Positions 11,859 through 26,560 of a stretch of DNA of 64,000 nucleotides are shown here, piece after piece. Position 1 is the first letter of the stretch; every line of letters begins with the position of its first letter. The notes beneath the pieces are model-generated. The model ran no database searches. It had not been told where the DNA came from and was given only the letters and a program-made list of their open reading frames with translations. Source of the stretch: Felis catus (Eukaryota); NCBI RefSeq assembly GCF_018350175.1, contig NC_058368.1:23004001-23068000 (forward strand). Reading direction: 5' to 3'. The translations under genes were made by a program, and so were the position numbers.

Positions 11859-12392
11859 TTTCCTCAATGTTTATAGCAGCACTATCAACAATAGCCAAAT
11901 TATGGAAACACAAATGTCCATCAACACGAACGGATAAAAAAGATGTGGTATATATAAACAATGGAATGCTACTTGGCACTCAAAAAGAATGAAATCTTGC
12001 CATTTGCAACATGGATGGAGCTAGAATGTATTATACTAAGCAAAATCAGAGAAAGACAAAAATCATATGATCTCACTCATATGTGGCATTTATGAAATGA
12101 AACAGATGAACATGGGGGAAGGCAAGTTAAAATAAGATAAAAACAGGGAGGCAAACCATAAGAGACTATTAAATACAGAGAATAAACAGAGGTGCTGGAA
12201 AGGTGTTGGGTAGGGGGATGGGCTAAATGGTGAAGGGCATTAAGGAGAACATTTGTTGGGATGAGCACATTTGTTGGGGTGTTATATGTAAATGATGAAT
12301 CACTAAATTCTACTCCTGAAACCATTATTACACTATATGTTAACTAACTTGGATTTAGATAAAAATTTTAAAAAATAAACAATAAATAAAAT
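11859..12392 (+). mobile_element. Carnivore L1 3' end (5'-truncated)
   Basis: caatgtttatagcagcactatcaacaatagccaaattatggaaa...tcactaaattctactcctgaaacc...tatatgttaactaacttggattt, then an A-rich tail. Confidence 0.9.
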
Positions 12393-13877
12393 TCTGTACT
12401 TCTTTGAATTAACTCATGCAATTAAGAATTGATGTCAAAGGATTTATAGATAAACCAAAATCCAAACTCTTGCATCAGATTTTTGTCCTCTTTTTCACTC
12501 CTTTACCTATTTTAAGACTAAATGCCAGTACTACAAAAGATAAACAGTAAAGATGAAGTAAAACATAGGAAACATGCAAAACTTTCTTAATCTCTGAAAA
12601 ATGCACAACATTCTGTACTTTATTTTCATACACCTAAATGAGTTTGCCTTGCTACTTATCATATAAAATCTCTCAAGCCTTTTAAGCAACTTTAAAGTTT
12701 TTTCATGACCATCAAGTACATTCTTAACTGACTAGATAGAATGGTCCTGTTAGATAGTTACCCCCCAAAGTCAGGAAGAGAATGAATGCCAGGACTTCAG
12801 ATGTAACCAAAAGACTTCAAGACTCTTCGGACTCAAAGTTAAAGATTCCAAGAGGTTTGAGTCTTTATTTCCTCTTTCATAAAATGGGAATAGAATACCT
12901 CTCTCACACAGTCATTGTGAAGATAAGTTAAAAAATAATATAACAGCAACAGCTTGATAGCAGAGGCTCAAATTGTACCCTTCCTCCTTTTCTTCTATAA
13001 TCACAAAAATGTAATAGGCACCCAAAATATTTATTAGTGAATGGGCTTACTGGATTATATTTTTAAAGGCAGCATAAGTCCAATTAGGGAGCAAAAAGAG
13101 AAAGTTTCAACCAAAACAGAAGAAACTGGGAAAGACGTACACCAAATACAAATAGTAGTCTTCTTTGGAATGTAGGCATACTCTTACTTTTTATTTTCTT
13201 CTTGATTGCTATCTATATTTTTTTAAATTTTTCCATAGTGAGTGTATTATATTCATAATTAAGAATTTTAAATAAAATGATATAAACCTAGCAAACCCAT
13301 TAATCAAGCTTAATATCACTTCCTATTAATGTGATGCAATAGAAAGCTTACAGCACATCCAATGAGTATTCTTGCCTCAATCAATCAATCAATCAATCAC
13401 CTGAATTGAATTCCTCCTCCAGATCTATCAGTTTACAAAAAATACAGGGGATAGAGAAAAATTTTAAGTGACATCATAGAAACTCAATCAGCACAATTCA
13501 AAATTTGGGAAATTCTACAGGACACATGACCCAACTTTTCAATCAGTAAATGGCAGAAGGGTGGAGAAGGGGAAATGAACTCATAAATTAAAATAGACTT
13601 AAGGGATATAGCAACCAAATGCAAGGGGCGTACCTTGCCTGAATCCCAATTCAAACATACCAACTATACTAAAGCCATTTTGAGCCAACTGAGGAAATAT
13701 GAACATGGATTTAGAGGTCTAATAAATAATAATTTATTATTAGATAATAAAAGGAATTAATGTTGTTTAGGATGGGGATAACAGTATTGTGATTTTGCTT
13801 TAAAAAGAGAGATGTGTACTGCACTAATTAAGGGTGAAATGATATGTCTGAGAGCTGCTTTAAAATATTCCAGCAGA

Positions 13878-14117
13878 GGGGCGCCTGGGTGGCGCAGTCG
13901 GTTAAGCATCCGACTTCAGCCAGGTCACGATCTCGCGGCCCGTGAGTTCGAGCCCCGCGTCGGGCTCTGGGCTGATGGCTCGGAGCCTGGAGCCTGTTTC
14001 CGATTCTGTGCCTCCCTCTCTCTCTGCCCCTCCCCCGTTCATGCTCTGTCTCTCTCTGTCCCAAAAATAAATAAAAACGTTGGGAAAAAAAATTTTTTTT
14101 TAATAAATAAATAAAAA
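13878..14117 (+). mobile_element. Young felid CanSINE
   Basis: CpG-rich variant (ggcgcagtcgg...cagccaggtcacgatctcgcgg...ctgggctgatggctcgg); perfect 17-bp TSD taaaatattccagcaga (13861-13877 / 14118-14134). Confidence 0.97.
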
Positions 14118-15342
14118 TAAAATATTCCAGCAGAAATAAAAATAAAATAATACAATACAAGAGGGGATGGATACATTGAGAAAGACAAAATGTTGCTGAC
14201 GGGTAAAGCTGATTGATGGGTTCATGTGCATTTATTGAGTATTGTTCTATTTTTGTGTCTATGTTCAAAATTTTCCATAATAAAAATTCAAAAATGTGAT
14301 CTTATAAAAAATACAAAGGTAATGGTCAATGGGCAAAAGTGTCTCTTCTGTTCCTGTTCTCCTGGCTGTGCTCTCTGCCTGGTCCTCTGTTCTGGTCACA
14401 CGCCATGTGGCCATATAATTTGTACATCTAGGAATGGCTGGGTGGGTCAAGAATATTGAAAATTGTGTTTCAAAATCATTGTCAGATCTGAGATTTCTAA
14501 GTCATTCCAGGAAGCCCATGGCTTCTGGTAAGGTAGAACTCACAGAAGGGTCCTTACATTTTCTGGCTAAGAATTGATTATGAGAAACTGATCAATAGGT
14601 TGCACCTTGTCTTAGACTGTTTTAAGTAAATAGTATTGACAAGAGGCATCTCAATGGTGAAACTAGGAAGTTTCTGCAAATTACTTTGACTTTGCAGATT
14701 GTTTTTATATATACATGTCTTCTTTAAAAGCTGATTACTCTGTTTTCCTTATTTATTATTCTTGACCAGAATGTGCTGTGTAATGCCCTTGTTCTCCCAA
14801 TAACCATCTTCCTGACCATGGTCTTTTGAGTATTTGGGGAAGGTGATACAAGATTCACAACCCTCCCAGGTATAAGCCCCACCCTCAAACTTAGTATCAG
14901 TTCGATAGTGTATCAAATATCCTCTCAAAATATGAAAAACAAATTTTAGTTGCTTCCATATTACAAAAAGAGGTGATTTATAAAAGTTTTAGTAGTCAAC
15001 ATCCTTTCTTCCGTTGGAAGCAATGAGTCTTATAGAGTCAAGCTTATTTATTAATTTCCTTTCAACCAAGCCCCTTGATTAGACAGAAATTGCAAACTCC
15101 TTTAGGGTAGAAGTTAATGCTGTAATCTGCACACATGGGTATTCAATGAATATTACTTACTGACAACCAGGGAGTGGGATTTTCTGGGTCATTGAGCAGA
15201 AAATATCTTACTATAGAAACAATGTTGACTTTTTGAAAAAAATAGATCACAATTAGGATTACATATTTGAGGTATCTGATATTCTAGACATTTGATAAAA
15301 TATTTATTGGAATGAATCAATGAGAAGAAGCTACAATTTCCA

Positions 15343-15538
15343 TTAAAAAATTTTTTTAAGTTTATTTTCATTTATTTTCTTAGAGAGATAGCAAATGGCA
15401 GAGGGGCAGAGAGAAAGGGAGTCAGAATCCCAAGCAGGCTCTGTCAGCACAGAGCCTGATGAGGGGCTTGAACTCATGAACTGTGAGATCATGACCTGAA
15501 GAGTCGGATGCTTAACCAACTGAGCCACCAGGCACCCC
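15343..15538 (-). mobile_element. CanSINE
   Basis: Reverse SINE; TSD tacaatttcc. Confidence 0.92.
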
Positions 15539-16039
15539 TACAATTTCCGTTTCAAGTCTCTGTATCACTCACATCATCCAGATCCCAAAACTTGCAGATT
15601 TTCAAACATGAAGGACCTTTCTCAGAATGTTATTTCCAAGAGGTCTTTACTTGTGAATCAGTCTGAATTCCAATACAGTCTTTGCCATCTTTTATTCTCC
15701 AATGTGATTCAACATTATCACATTCAAGGGATCCCTATATTAGAGGGAATTTGAACTTGAGACATTAAAATAATAGACTTTCTTCTACCCTGGCTACCAA
15801 AGACACAATTCCCAGCTTCCTGTAACACGGCAACAAAACTAGTACCAAACCTGGGGTATATGCAACTTGATTCCCATGGTCATTCCAACCCCTAAATAAG
15901 ACTCTGAAATGAAAAGCAAAGAGAAAAGCAAAAAGGGAGGTTTGGAGTGATTTGACATTAGCAGCCACTGAAATCTATACAATGCTGCCTATTTTTTAGA
16001 AGGAACTACATAAACCCATGTTAAATATATTGAGCAAAA

Positions 16040-17450
16040 TTAACTCAGTAAATATTTACTAAGTATTTACCATGTGTCAGGTGCTATTCTAGGTACTAGG
16101 AATACAGCATGAACAGAAAGAGTAAAGTCTGTGTTCTCAGGGAACTTACATTTTACTTGGAGAGACAGACAATAAACAAGTACAAAAGATAAGTATATAA
16201 TAGGTCAAATGGTGATAAGGGCCATAGAGAAAATAAGGCATTGTGATAAGCTATGGCCAAGGTGGCCTATAAAGGGAAAGACTGCAAACTCTTAGACCCC
16301 AGTGGATTGCAGACACAGATAATGGGAGGTTGTCAACAGCACAAGGACACCCAGCTATAAGTCCTTGTTGATCAGGTTCACTGTGCAGCAGAATAAGTAC
16401 AGGTTGTTTCTGGTTGCTGAGTGGCTGCAGGGGAGTGAAGGGATGAGGCAGAGCCCACAGCTCTATGCTTCTCTATCTAATGGACATCTCACTCCAGGTG
16501 GGCTGTGGAGACCTTCAAACTCCAGAGGAGCCTCCGTGAGAAAACCAGGGAGACTATGAGAAAAGTGTCCTCAATCACTTCCTTGCTATTCTTTACATTG
16601 AGTATTAGCTGTTTCTGGAATCTTGAGCCAAGTTCTAGCCATCATTTCTGCCCATCCTCAGACTTGAAGCAGTCTTCAAGGTCTGGCTTGGGTGAGGTAA
16701 GTAAGAATACAGTACAGACACTGCCAACTTTGGGGGTGACCACAGGTGATCAAGGAAGACCTACTGAATGGACAGTGAGTAGAGGTAAGAATAAAGTAAG
16801 GCAGTGTGACTTGAGATGTATGTGGGGGCTGGAGGAGAATGGGGTTCCCGGCCCAGAAACACCAAGTGCAATGGCTGAGGCAGGATTGTTCTTGGTCGTG
16901 CAAAGGTAAGTGAGGCAGCCACGTGATTGCAGAGGGGCAGGAAAGGGCAAGAGTGGTCAGAGATGATGTGAGGAGAGGTTCTGGGAGGCCAGATGACTTA
17001 TGGCTTTGTAGACCATTGTAAGAACTTTGGCTTTTATTTTGAATGAGTGTCGGGTTTTGAGCAGGGTGACCTGATGTGACTGAGATTGAAAAAGGATCCC
17101 TCCCCTGTTTAGAATAGACTCTTGGGGCCAAAGATGGGAGCAGGAAGGTGAGTTAGGAAGCTATGGCACCAATTCAAGCAAGAGAGGATGGTGGCTTTGA
17201 CTAGCATGTTAGCATTAGAGAGAGTGGGAAGCGGCTGAAGCGCTGATAATCTGCATTCTGAAGGCAGAGTGCACCAGATTTGCTGACGGGTGCAATGCGA
17301 CGCTTACAAAACAGAGGAATCAAGGACGAGTCCACATTTTTAGGCTGAACAACTGAAAAACAGTTGAGATGAGGAAACAATGGGAGAGTTAGGTCTGGGG
17401 AAGACAATTTAAATTTGGCTTTGAATATGTTAAGTTTGGGGCGACTATTG
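16040..17450 (-). mobile_element. L2 fragment split by an internal insertion at about 16242-16744
   Basis: aaatatttactaagtatttaccatgtgtcaggtgctattctagg; cagagatgatgtgagg...ttgtagaccattgtaagaactttggcttttattttgaatgag; gttaggaagctat. Confidence 0.75.
16242..16744. mobile_element. Probable old solo LTR (ERVL-like) inserted in L2
   Basis: About 500-bp block starting TG and ending CA that interrupts the L2 text; family not identified. Confidence 0.45.
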
Positions 17451-17894
17451 GACAAAAAAAATGGGGATTTGAAGATAGCAACCTATACCTTAGAAGGGAT
17501 TTAAATGAGAAGGTATCCAATTTGCAGTTTATTTGAAGAGATAAGTTACATATTTGACCTGGCCTTCAATTCTAAAACAATGGGAAACTAATATTTAGAA
17601 GCTGTTTTTAGTGTTTTAAGTTAATGACTATAAATCTAATCCTAGGGGGCAGCTATATTTCCACGTATTTATTACACTTTACCAACTCCTTTCATAAAGA
17701 TATGAAGTTTACACTGAAGATGCTTTCACAATAAAATCATTAAATATTTTTAAACATGATCTGTCCATCAAGAACTGTACACAAATGTTCAAAGCAACTT
17801 TATTCAAAATAGCCAAATACTGGAAACTGAAGTATCAATATACAGAGAAACTGATAAATTGAAGTATATTTAAGTGCAATGCTACTCAGTAATT

Positions 17895-18108
17895 AATTTT
17901 TTTTAATGTTTTTTATTTATTTTTGAAGAAGAGACAGAGCACGAGCAGGGGAGGAGCAGAGAGAGAGAGAGAGAGACAGAATCCAAAGCAGGCTCCAGGC
18001 TCTAAGCTGTCAGCACAGAGCCTGATGCGGTGCTCAAACTCATGAACTGTGAGATCACCACCTGAGCTGAAGTTGGATGCTTAATCGACTGAGCCACCCA
18101 GGCGCCCC
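17895..18108 (-). mobile_element. CanSINE inside an old L1 3' fragment (about 17760-18430)
   Basis: Reverse SINE; TSD tactcagtaattaa. Confidence 0.93.
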
Positions 18109-19809
18109 TATACTCAGTAATTAAAAAGAACTACTGATTCATGCAACAGCACAATGTCAACAATGCTGAGTGAAAAAAGCTAGACAAAAAGATTATATAT
18201 ATATTCTATGATCCCATTCAAACAAAGTTCAAGAACAGCCAAAAACTCATCTATGGGCATAGAAGCCAGAAAGCAGTTGCAACAGGAGTGGGTACTGAGT
18301 GCAAAGGGGCACAAGTGAACTTCCTGGGATGATGAAAATGTTCGGATCGTTGTTAACACAGTCATAGAAAATGGTCAACACTCATCGAACACATGTGCAT
18401 TTTATTGCATGTAAATTCTACCTAAAATACACAACAAAACATGAGACTACTACTTAAAAGGTTACATACACAAAAACCTAGGCTAAAAGCAATTAATCTA
18501 ATTGAGCACAAAGTTTTGTTCTGAGTTTCCCAGCCACCAAGTAAAGGGGAAAGAGACTACTTAGCTCCGTTAGCTAATATTAGCATGTATCAGGAGACAC
18601 AAATTTTTCCTAATACCAAATTAAGAATATTTTGATAAGAAGCACTAGATATTACATACTACTTTCACCAGAATTTTTATAAAAGTTGAAACGCTTTTGG
18701 TTCATTCTTATTTCTATCAGTTCTTAACAAAAGTCAAGAGGATACTAAGTGATGGTTCTATGAAAGCATGTTTATGAAGAATTAAAGGAAGCTATTCACA
18801 ATAGAGTGGTTTTCTACAGTGCCCTAGCTTCAGGGATAGAAAGAATCTAGACTCATTCCCAAGGAATAGAGTATTCTCACTTCGTATGCTTACCTTCCTG
18901 CATGTCTCAGCCAGGTTTGTGACAGGAGTTGGATATCAGATAATTAAGGGTTGACTAAAGTATAATGTTTTCTGGAGCAGATTAAAACTAGATACGTGGG
19001 GGGGGGGGGGGGGGGAGAACTAGATACATGGGGCTTAGCTACCAAACTTGTATTTGGCTAATTATATGTTTTGTTACAAAAAATATTCTAAGAAACTGCC
19101 ACAGTCGTGCCCGAATGGAAAACTATGCCTGGCTTCACTGAGTTGGCGGCAGTCTAATGGATGCCTTTCTCCCTGGTATTCAAGAAACTGAGTCTCTTTT
19201 CATGCTTCCCAGCAGGGGTATAATTGACAAATCAGGCAGGGCAATCCTTTGTTGTGCAGGACTCCATACTTTTAAGACATTTAGCATCTGTGGCCCCACC
19301 CAATAAATACAAATAGCTATCTCCAGGACTGTGACAACCAAGTAGTCTGCCTACATTTTTAAACTTAATTCTACTTCCTTTTGGTCCTCACTGAGCCTAA
19401 AAGAATGTTGGCATCCTTTTGAATATCAAAGAGCATCTGGTCCCAAATTCCATGGAATGACATGATATGGAAAAAGACAATCTTGGCTTGAAACATTTGG
19501 GGATATATAGTTATCAGTCACCACTTGGTCCTATAAAAACCTTAATATGGCCCCCCACAGAACATTTTACTTAGAACAAGGCTGTGTCTTTTGCACAGTA
19601 TGCCAGCCAGGATGAAGCTGCCTCCAAGTAAAACCCTTATCAGCTGAGTGAATCGATCTACAAAATGTAGCCCATTTATTATTAATTAAATGGTCCACTC
19701 AAACGCCGAAGATTGCGTGCCAAAAAAATACTTCGGTTTTAATGAAGTTGATATTGAACTTTTTTTTTTCCCTCTCTAGCTACAACTGACCAAGAAATTA
19801 GTTTACTCT

Positions 19810-20370
19810 TTCATTCAATGTTAAGACCTACCATGTGCCAGGTAGAGAGGACACGATGGTGCATAAGCTTTGTGATAGTCTAAAGAAAGGTTTTGGGGAG
19901 ACAGATAATAAAGTAACATGGAAGTTAAAAGAAATAAAGATAGGCATTGTGGCCTCTCTGAGGAAATGCTTAATTTTAATCTGAGATCTGAAGGATGAGT
20001 GGGAGTTAAATGTTCTGTGTGCGGAGGCAGGGGTGGGGACAGGCAGAGAGAAAACTGTTTCAGGCAGGGCCACCAGCTTACATGAAGGCTGGAACAGAAA
20101 GAAGTTAGGATAAAAAGTTAAGTGGTGAACAGAAATGTACCCAGGGCAGAATTTTAGAGCTTGAAAAGAGTTTGTGTTTTTTCCTAAGTGCAATAGAACA
20201 CCCTCAGAAACTTTTATAAAAGACATAATCAGATTTATATTTGTCAACTCACTAAGATCCAGAATGAATAGGTTTTAGAAGCCAGCAAAGACTTTGGAAG
20301 AGATATATAGAGACAACTGGTTGGGAAACATACTATCCAGAATAAAGGGAACAGTGGGTAAGACTAGGGT
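19810..20370 (-). mobile_element. L2 fragment
   Basis: ttcattcaa...cctaccatgtgccagg; ggcctctctgaggaa...ctgagatctgaaggatgagtgggagtt. Confidence 0.65.
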
Positions 20371-21499
20371 GGTACAGGAAGGAAGGATTAATCCACTCAA
20401 TAAATAAGGAAAAGCTCCAACTAGGTGTCAGCCATCCTATATATATTGAAGGGTCTAGTTTAAACAAGGGTCTATATTAAACAAGCAAAGATGACAAAAT
20501 TTTAAAAACAGAACCTTTCCTAATGCTTCAAGAAAGGTTTCCCTTGAGGAAGTGCATTTGCACTAAGTTCTGAAAGCTGACTAGAAGCTAACTAAAGGGC
20601 ACAATGGGGAATGGATGGGAATAAATTTTAAGGGAGAGAAAATTGCATTTACCAAGAAACTAAGGCAGTCAGTGTGGCAGAATGCAAAGAACAAAAGGCA
20701 GTGTTATTAAGATGAGGCTGGAGAGGATGGGTTGGGATGAGATCATGCAGATTAAATATGGCCTTTATCCTAGCCAGGGGATGCCATAAAAGCATTTGAA
20801 GCAGGGCATGTGATAAAACATCAAATTTACTGTTAGGGACACAGAAGTGGATGTAGTGAAGTGAGTTACAGCATGAATGCAGAAGAACAACTAGAGGATG
20901 CTGGGAGATGGATGACTTGGAAGCTGTGCAGAGTATGAAGTTTCTGCCCTGGACTTCTCAAACACATAGTTCTTGACACATAAGACCACACATCATCTGA
21001 CCAGAGGACATTTTCTTCTTTTACCACTAGGGTAAGAACAAAGTCATCTAAAAATTTTGTTACATGTTAAACTACTAACAATGGTCTCCCTTGGAAAATG
21101 GAACTGGAGAAGAGGATGGGAGAAAGGGGGGCATTCATTTTTTTTTACCATCAATCCTATGTGATTTTTTACCATCAAAATATGAATATAAATGTAAGTT
21201 TAAAAAATAAATATAAAAATCCCATCAAATTATTTACAAATGTAAGCAGTAAAGAGCTAGGACTATCTTGCTTTATGCCATTTAGGAATGGATTTTGAGC
21301 TCTCAAGAGCCCATTCCCATCCATTCTGCTTCTTAGGATTAATTTACAATACAAGGTTGGAAGAATTAGGTGTGGGATCTACAGTAAATAGTTTTTAAAA
21401 TTTTAAATTGTGATTAATATTTTCTCAATAAGATAAAAGGCTCACAATGATCGATAGTAAGAAAACAGAGACTAAACCAGGGTTCTTCCTCAGGTTATA

Positions 21500-23820
21500 T
21501 ATTAATGAGAAAGACCCAGAGAGAAAAAAAACTAGTATTGACTTAGATGAGACAATGGAATCATAGAAAATGCTCACCCCAAACCACAAAAGGCAGAAGA
21601 GTGAAAGATAAAAATAGGAACCAAGAACAACAAACAGAAAACAGTAATAAAAATGGCAGATACTGATCCAATTACAATAATCACTTTGAATGTCAATGGT
21701 CAAAAAACCCAACCTAACTATATGTTGTCTATAAGAAACCCACTTCAGATATAAAGACACAGACAGATTAAAAGTAAATGGATAGAGAAAAATATGCCAT
21801 GATACCATTACTCAAAACAAAGTACAAATAGCTCTATTAATTTCAGACTGAGCTTAATACAAAGTAAGGAAAGTTATCATTGACAAAGGAGAGCATTACA
21901 TAATGATACAGGGGTCAATTTTCTAAGACATAGTAATTGTTAATGTGTATGTACCTAACAAGAGAACATCAAATTACACAAGGCAAAAACCGACAGAACT
22001 ACAAGGAGAAATAGATTACTCCACTATCATAGCTGGAGGCCATTCAACACCCCTCTCTCAAAAACAAACCTAAAACAACAACAAAAAGCAAGGCTAGCAG
22101 GCAGAAAATCAGTAAAGACACAGTTAAATTCAGAGTCCAGAGTGCTCACCATTACACAATGGAACTGCCAAGACATAGTTAAATTCAACACCATCAATCT
22201 ATAAACTAGTTCAACAATAATAGGACACATTTTTCTCAAGCTCTCATGGAACATTCACCAATATAGACCACATTCTGATCAATAAAATACATCTTAGGGG
22301 CGCCTGGGTGGCTCAGTTGGTTGAGCGTCTGACTTCAGCTCAGGTCATGATCTTACAGTTTGTGGGTTTGAGCCCCACATTGGGCTCTGTGCTGACAGCT
22401 TGGAGCCTGGAGCCTGCTTCGGATTCATTGTCTCCCTCTCTCTCTGCCCCTCCCCCACTCGCACTCTGTCTACTCAAAAATAAACATTAAAAAAAAACCC
22501 CACATCTTAGCAAACTTAAAAGAATTAAGAAAAACACACATTTAAAAGAACAGAAATCAATGTCTGCTCTCAAACCACAATGTCCACTGTGTAGTTTGAA
22601 CTAAATGTTAATACAACTTGTCAAAATTTGTGTGATGCAACAAAAGCAGTGTTTAGAGGCAAATTGTAGACAATGCATATATTAGAAAAGAAGAAAGATC
22701 TAGAAGCAATAATCTAAGTCTCAGGAAACTAGAGAAAGAAGAGCAAATTAAATCTAAAGTAAGCAGAGGAAAAGAAAGTGTAAGAATCAGACCAGAAACC
22801 AATGAAATTTAAAACAGGAAATCAACAAAGAAAAGTCAGCAACACCAAAACCTGCTTCTATGAAAAAAATAAATAAAAATCAGTTAAGTGCCTAAACAGG
22901 CTAAGAAAAAAAACAGAGGACACAAATTACTAATATTAGAAATGAGACATCATTATACATCCCATGGAAATTAAAAGGATAATAAAGGAAAACTATGAAC
23001 AAGTCTGTGCCCACAAATTTGATAACCTAGAAGAAATGGACCAATTCCTTGAAAGACACAATCTACCAAAACTCAGAAGAATAAGATGATCTGAATGACC
23101 TGTATCTATTAAGGAAAAGGAACCAATAATTAGCCTTCTGAAACACAAAGCACCATGCCCAGATGGCTTCACTGGTGAATTCTACCAACAAACATTTAAG
23201 CAAGAAATTGGTATACCAATTCTCTACAATCTCTTACAAAGGACAGAAGCAGAAGGAACAATTTCTAACTCATTCTATGAGGCCAGCATTACCAAATACC
23301 CAAACCAGACAAAGACATTACAAGGAAACTACAGATCAAATCTCCCTTGAACACAGATGCAACAAAATATTAGCAAATCAAATTGAAAGGAGCATAAAAA
23401 GAATTATACACCACGATCAAGTGAGAATTATCCCAGGTACAAGGCTGGTTTGGCATTCAAAACTCAATTCATGTAATCCACCACTTCAGCAGACTAAAAA
23501 AGAAAAACCATATTGATTATATCAATAATTGATCATATCAATAAATGGAGAAAAATCATCTGACAAACTCCAATACCCATTCATGATAAAAACTCTCAGT
23601 AAACCAGAAGTAGAGAAGAACTTCCTCAACTTAATAAAGACTGTCTACAAAAAACCCTACAGCTAACATCACACTCAATGGTGACAAACTAGAAGCCTTC
23701 CCACTATCAGGTACGGAGCAAAGATGTTGCCTCTCATCACTTCTTCTCAATGTCATCCTGGAAATCCTTATTAATGCAGTAAGGCAAGAATAGGAAATAA
23801 AAAGTATAGATTGGGGAGGA
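21500..23820 (+). mobile_element. L1 ORF2 fragment (endonuclease to RT region), degenerate
   Basis: tatgttgtctataagaaacccacttc, gatggcttcactggtgaattctacc, tcattctatgaggccagcattacc, cccattcatgataaaaactctcag; ORF 23163..23516 is a frameshifted ORF2 piece. Confidence 0.92.
22297..22497 (+). mobile_element. CanSINE inserted in L1
   Basis: Canonical head and tail; TSD acatcttag. Confidence 0.93.
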
Positions 23821-24554
23821 AAACATAAAGAGATATTTAAAATAGCATTGTAAGTATGAGAAACACTGTAAGTGTTATGAGAAGGAGAAAGTATCAGAAT
23901 TAAGTTAAGAGTCTGATGTGGGTTTAGGGAAGGAGAAAGGAGACTGCCTTTCTTTTTTTTAAGTTCCCTTTGATACTATTTGATTTCTATTTGCATCTAT
24001 TACTTCAACAATTTTTTGAAAAGCAAATGCAAAAGGAAAAATAATTTCAAGAACAGATGGAAATAATCATGGATATGTGTATAAAAAGCTTATTAAAAGA
24101 AACACATCTCCGTGTTTTTAATGGCAAAAATGTCATAAATTACCAAAATGTTCAATAAAAGAGAACTCATTTAAAAACTATGGTACATTTACAATAAATA
24201 TAATTGCAGCCTTTAAAATGTATAATTTTGGATAGGGGAAAGTGTTTATAACGTATAAATGGAGGGAAAAGACAGTAAAACAGTAAAGACACATAACCAA
24301 AATAACCAAAAAAACAGTAAGTTCTTGGTGAGGAATATTCAACTTCTACTTTCCTTGTGTTTTTATATATTTTCCAAATCCACCAAGAGCATGTTGCTAT
24401 TGTAGTAAGATAACACAAGTTTTAAACATACACACTCAAAATCTTGTTATGATTATTTCTGTGTGATGGAACCATGGATGATCATTATTTTCTGGTGATT
24501 TTTGTTTTATTCATTTGTTCATTCATTTGAATTGTCCGCTGGTGGTAAAAATGC

Positions 24555-24918
24555 TGTATGTTAAGCAAGATATTTTGGTTCTCTTTCTTTACACACAGGA
24601 TAACTGCATTTCCCAACCTTATTTACCACTGGCCTGGGGTCATATGGCTTGGCTCCAGTAAATGGAAATAGGCAGAAATGGTGTACGCCCACTGGTCAGG
24701 CCCAGCCATAACCCTGCAGGATCTACCACTCTAATTCCTGTTTTTCCATGGGAAATTTGAGGAGTCAAAGCTGGAACTGTTACAAGATGGAGAAGTCTGG
24801 GTCCCTGGGAGCCTAGAGCCTGCCTGCCACAATGGAGTAGGATAAAAGCTTATAAACTCCTACTATCTGAAGCCATTCAGATGGTGGCTGTTACAAGCAG
24901 TTCATCTATCTTAATACA
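24555..24918. mobile_element. MLT1-type (MaLR) solo LTR
   Basis: TG...CA termini; actgcatttccca, ggtcatatggct, gcagaaatggtgt, gaagccatt..ttgttaca..taataca are MLT1-like. Confidence 0.7.
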
Positions 24919-25898
24919 GCATTACTCTTATAGGTGGGAAAACAGAAACTAAAATACAAACCTTCGATAGCAGTTCATGATCTACTGAAGGAAGTCCTCA
25001 AGCTGGCATACAAGGTCCTCCATGACCTTGCAGTGCACTTCACATCTCCAATATCTCATTGTCTCTCCTGAATTCTCCCAAAGTTCCTGGGCCTGTTCTT
25101 CCCCATTACAGTACCAATCGCAACTGTATCGTAATTAGGTAGCTATTCACCAGTTCCTTTCATTAGACTTGAGAGTCTCCTCTAAACAGCAGTTGTTCCT
25201 CACAGATGTATCTTTCACACTTAATGCTAGTGCATTACGGATGCACTAAAAGATGCCAGTAAGTTATCTGCTGAATGAATATACAATGTGCTCTTAAATG
25301 TTCATAGCTCCCTAAAAAACATGAAATTTTAGAGCCTGGAAGGTAGGAAAAAACAATTCCCATTTCATCAGAATATATTTTCTTCTAAAATAAATTCTCA
25401 ATCTCTGCATATCTGACTAGCCAGCCTAAAGTTCCTACAGTACTACTGAAATAAAACTAAGAGCCAAAAAACAAATAGTATCTTTTTGGACTAGGACTGG
25501 TTCCTAGACCAGATCATTTATGGATTTTTGTGAAACTAAAAATTTTGACTTCCTAGATTCAGAATTGAAATTTTTTTCTTAGGGATTTACAGAGAAATTA
25601 CTCTTAGATATTTAAAATGGTGATGGATTCTGAATTATTTCAGATAGGAAGTAACCTTGGAAATAGAAGAGAATCACCTCTGTAACTCGAAATGCTCCAT
25701 TTGTGAGGGAGGGAAGCATTCACAGAAAAGCAGTATATTTTATGCTTCTTGGAAGCTTTAGGTTTAATAATAGCCCCTCCATTAACTACAAAAGCATTAG
25801 TTTAAAATGTACTACACAGCATCGCTCAAGGTTGAGTCTTAGACGTTACTTCAATAGTACCCACAAAGAATGTACCTTAGTTAGTTTAAAAGTTTGTT

Positions 25899-25904
25899 TT
25901 TATT
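25899..25904 (-). terminator. Distal poly(A) signal AATAAA
   Basis: TTTATT on plus = AATAAA on minus, about 800 nt after the stop. Confidence 0.6.
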
Positions 25905-26560
25905 TTTTAAAAATCTGTATTTTTACCCACTATATATGTAGCGAACTGAATTTTTAAGAGATACTTTCTTCTTTTACATAGATTATCTTAAGATATAAAG
26001 AACCAAATTACTCTTTGGTTTTGTTATAGGGGAAAAACAACACACAGTCTTTTAGTCAAACAACTTTGTGATATTTATATTCCATTGCACAGATATGGGT
26101 TATACAAATTAGTAACACAAGTTATTTCTTAAATTCCAAACATTTTCTAAAATATTATTACAGCAGATGTCTAGGATATTAAAACATCAAGGTGGAAATC
26201 ATACTCTAAATAGTTAAATATGACACTGAAAATACTGCACATTTTAATTAGAGGAAAATTAAAATGTGTGCTCAAATGCTCTAACAAACTAAGTAGCAGG
26301 GCAGCTAACAACTACTAATAAGTCACTGTGGTCCATTCTTACGTATGCATATATATGATTTTTCTTTAGATAACCCCTCCTCTGGAAAATGCATAATTCA
26401 AACGTAAAAATCTGGATAAATGATTTAAAGAAATTTAAATTCTTCCTAACACATAAGATCTATGGTGTATTATTATCTATGACTTCATACAACTACTAAT
26501 TCAAGATAAAAGACAGACACCACACTTGGAAAGAAGAAAAGATTTTTTTTAAGTAATGGT

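Noticed and set aside
23163..23516. 117-aa plus-strand ORF
   Set aside because: Frameshifted fragment of dead L1 ORF2.
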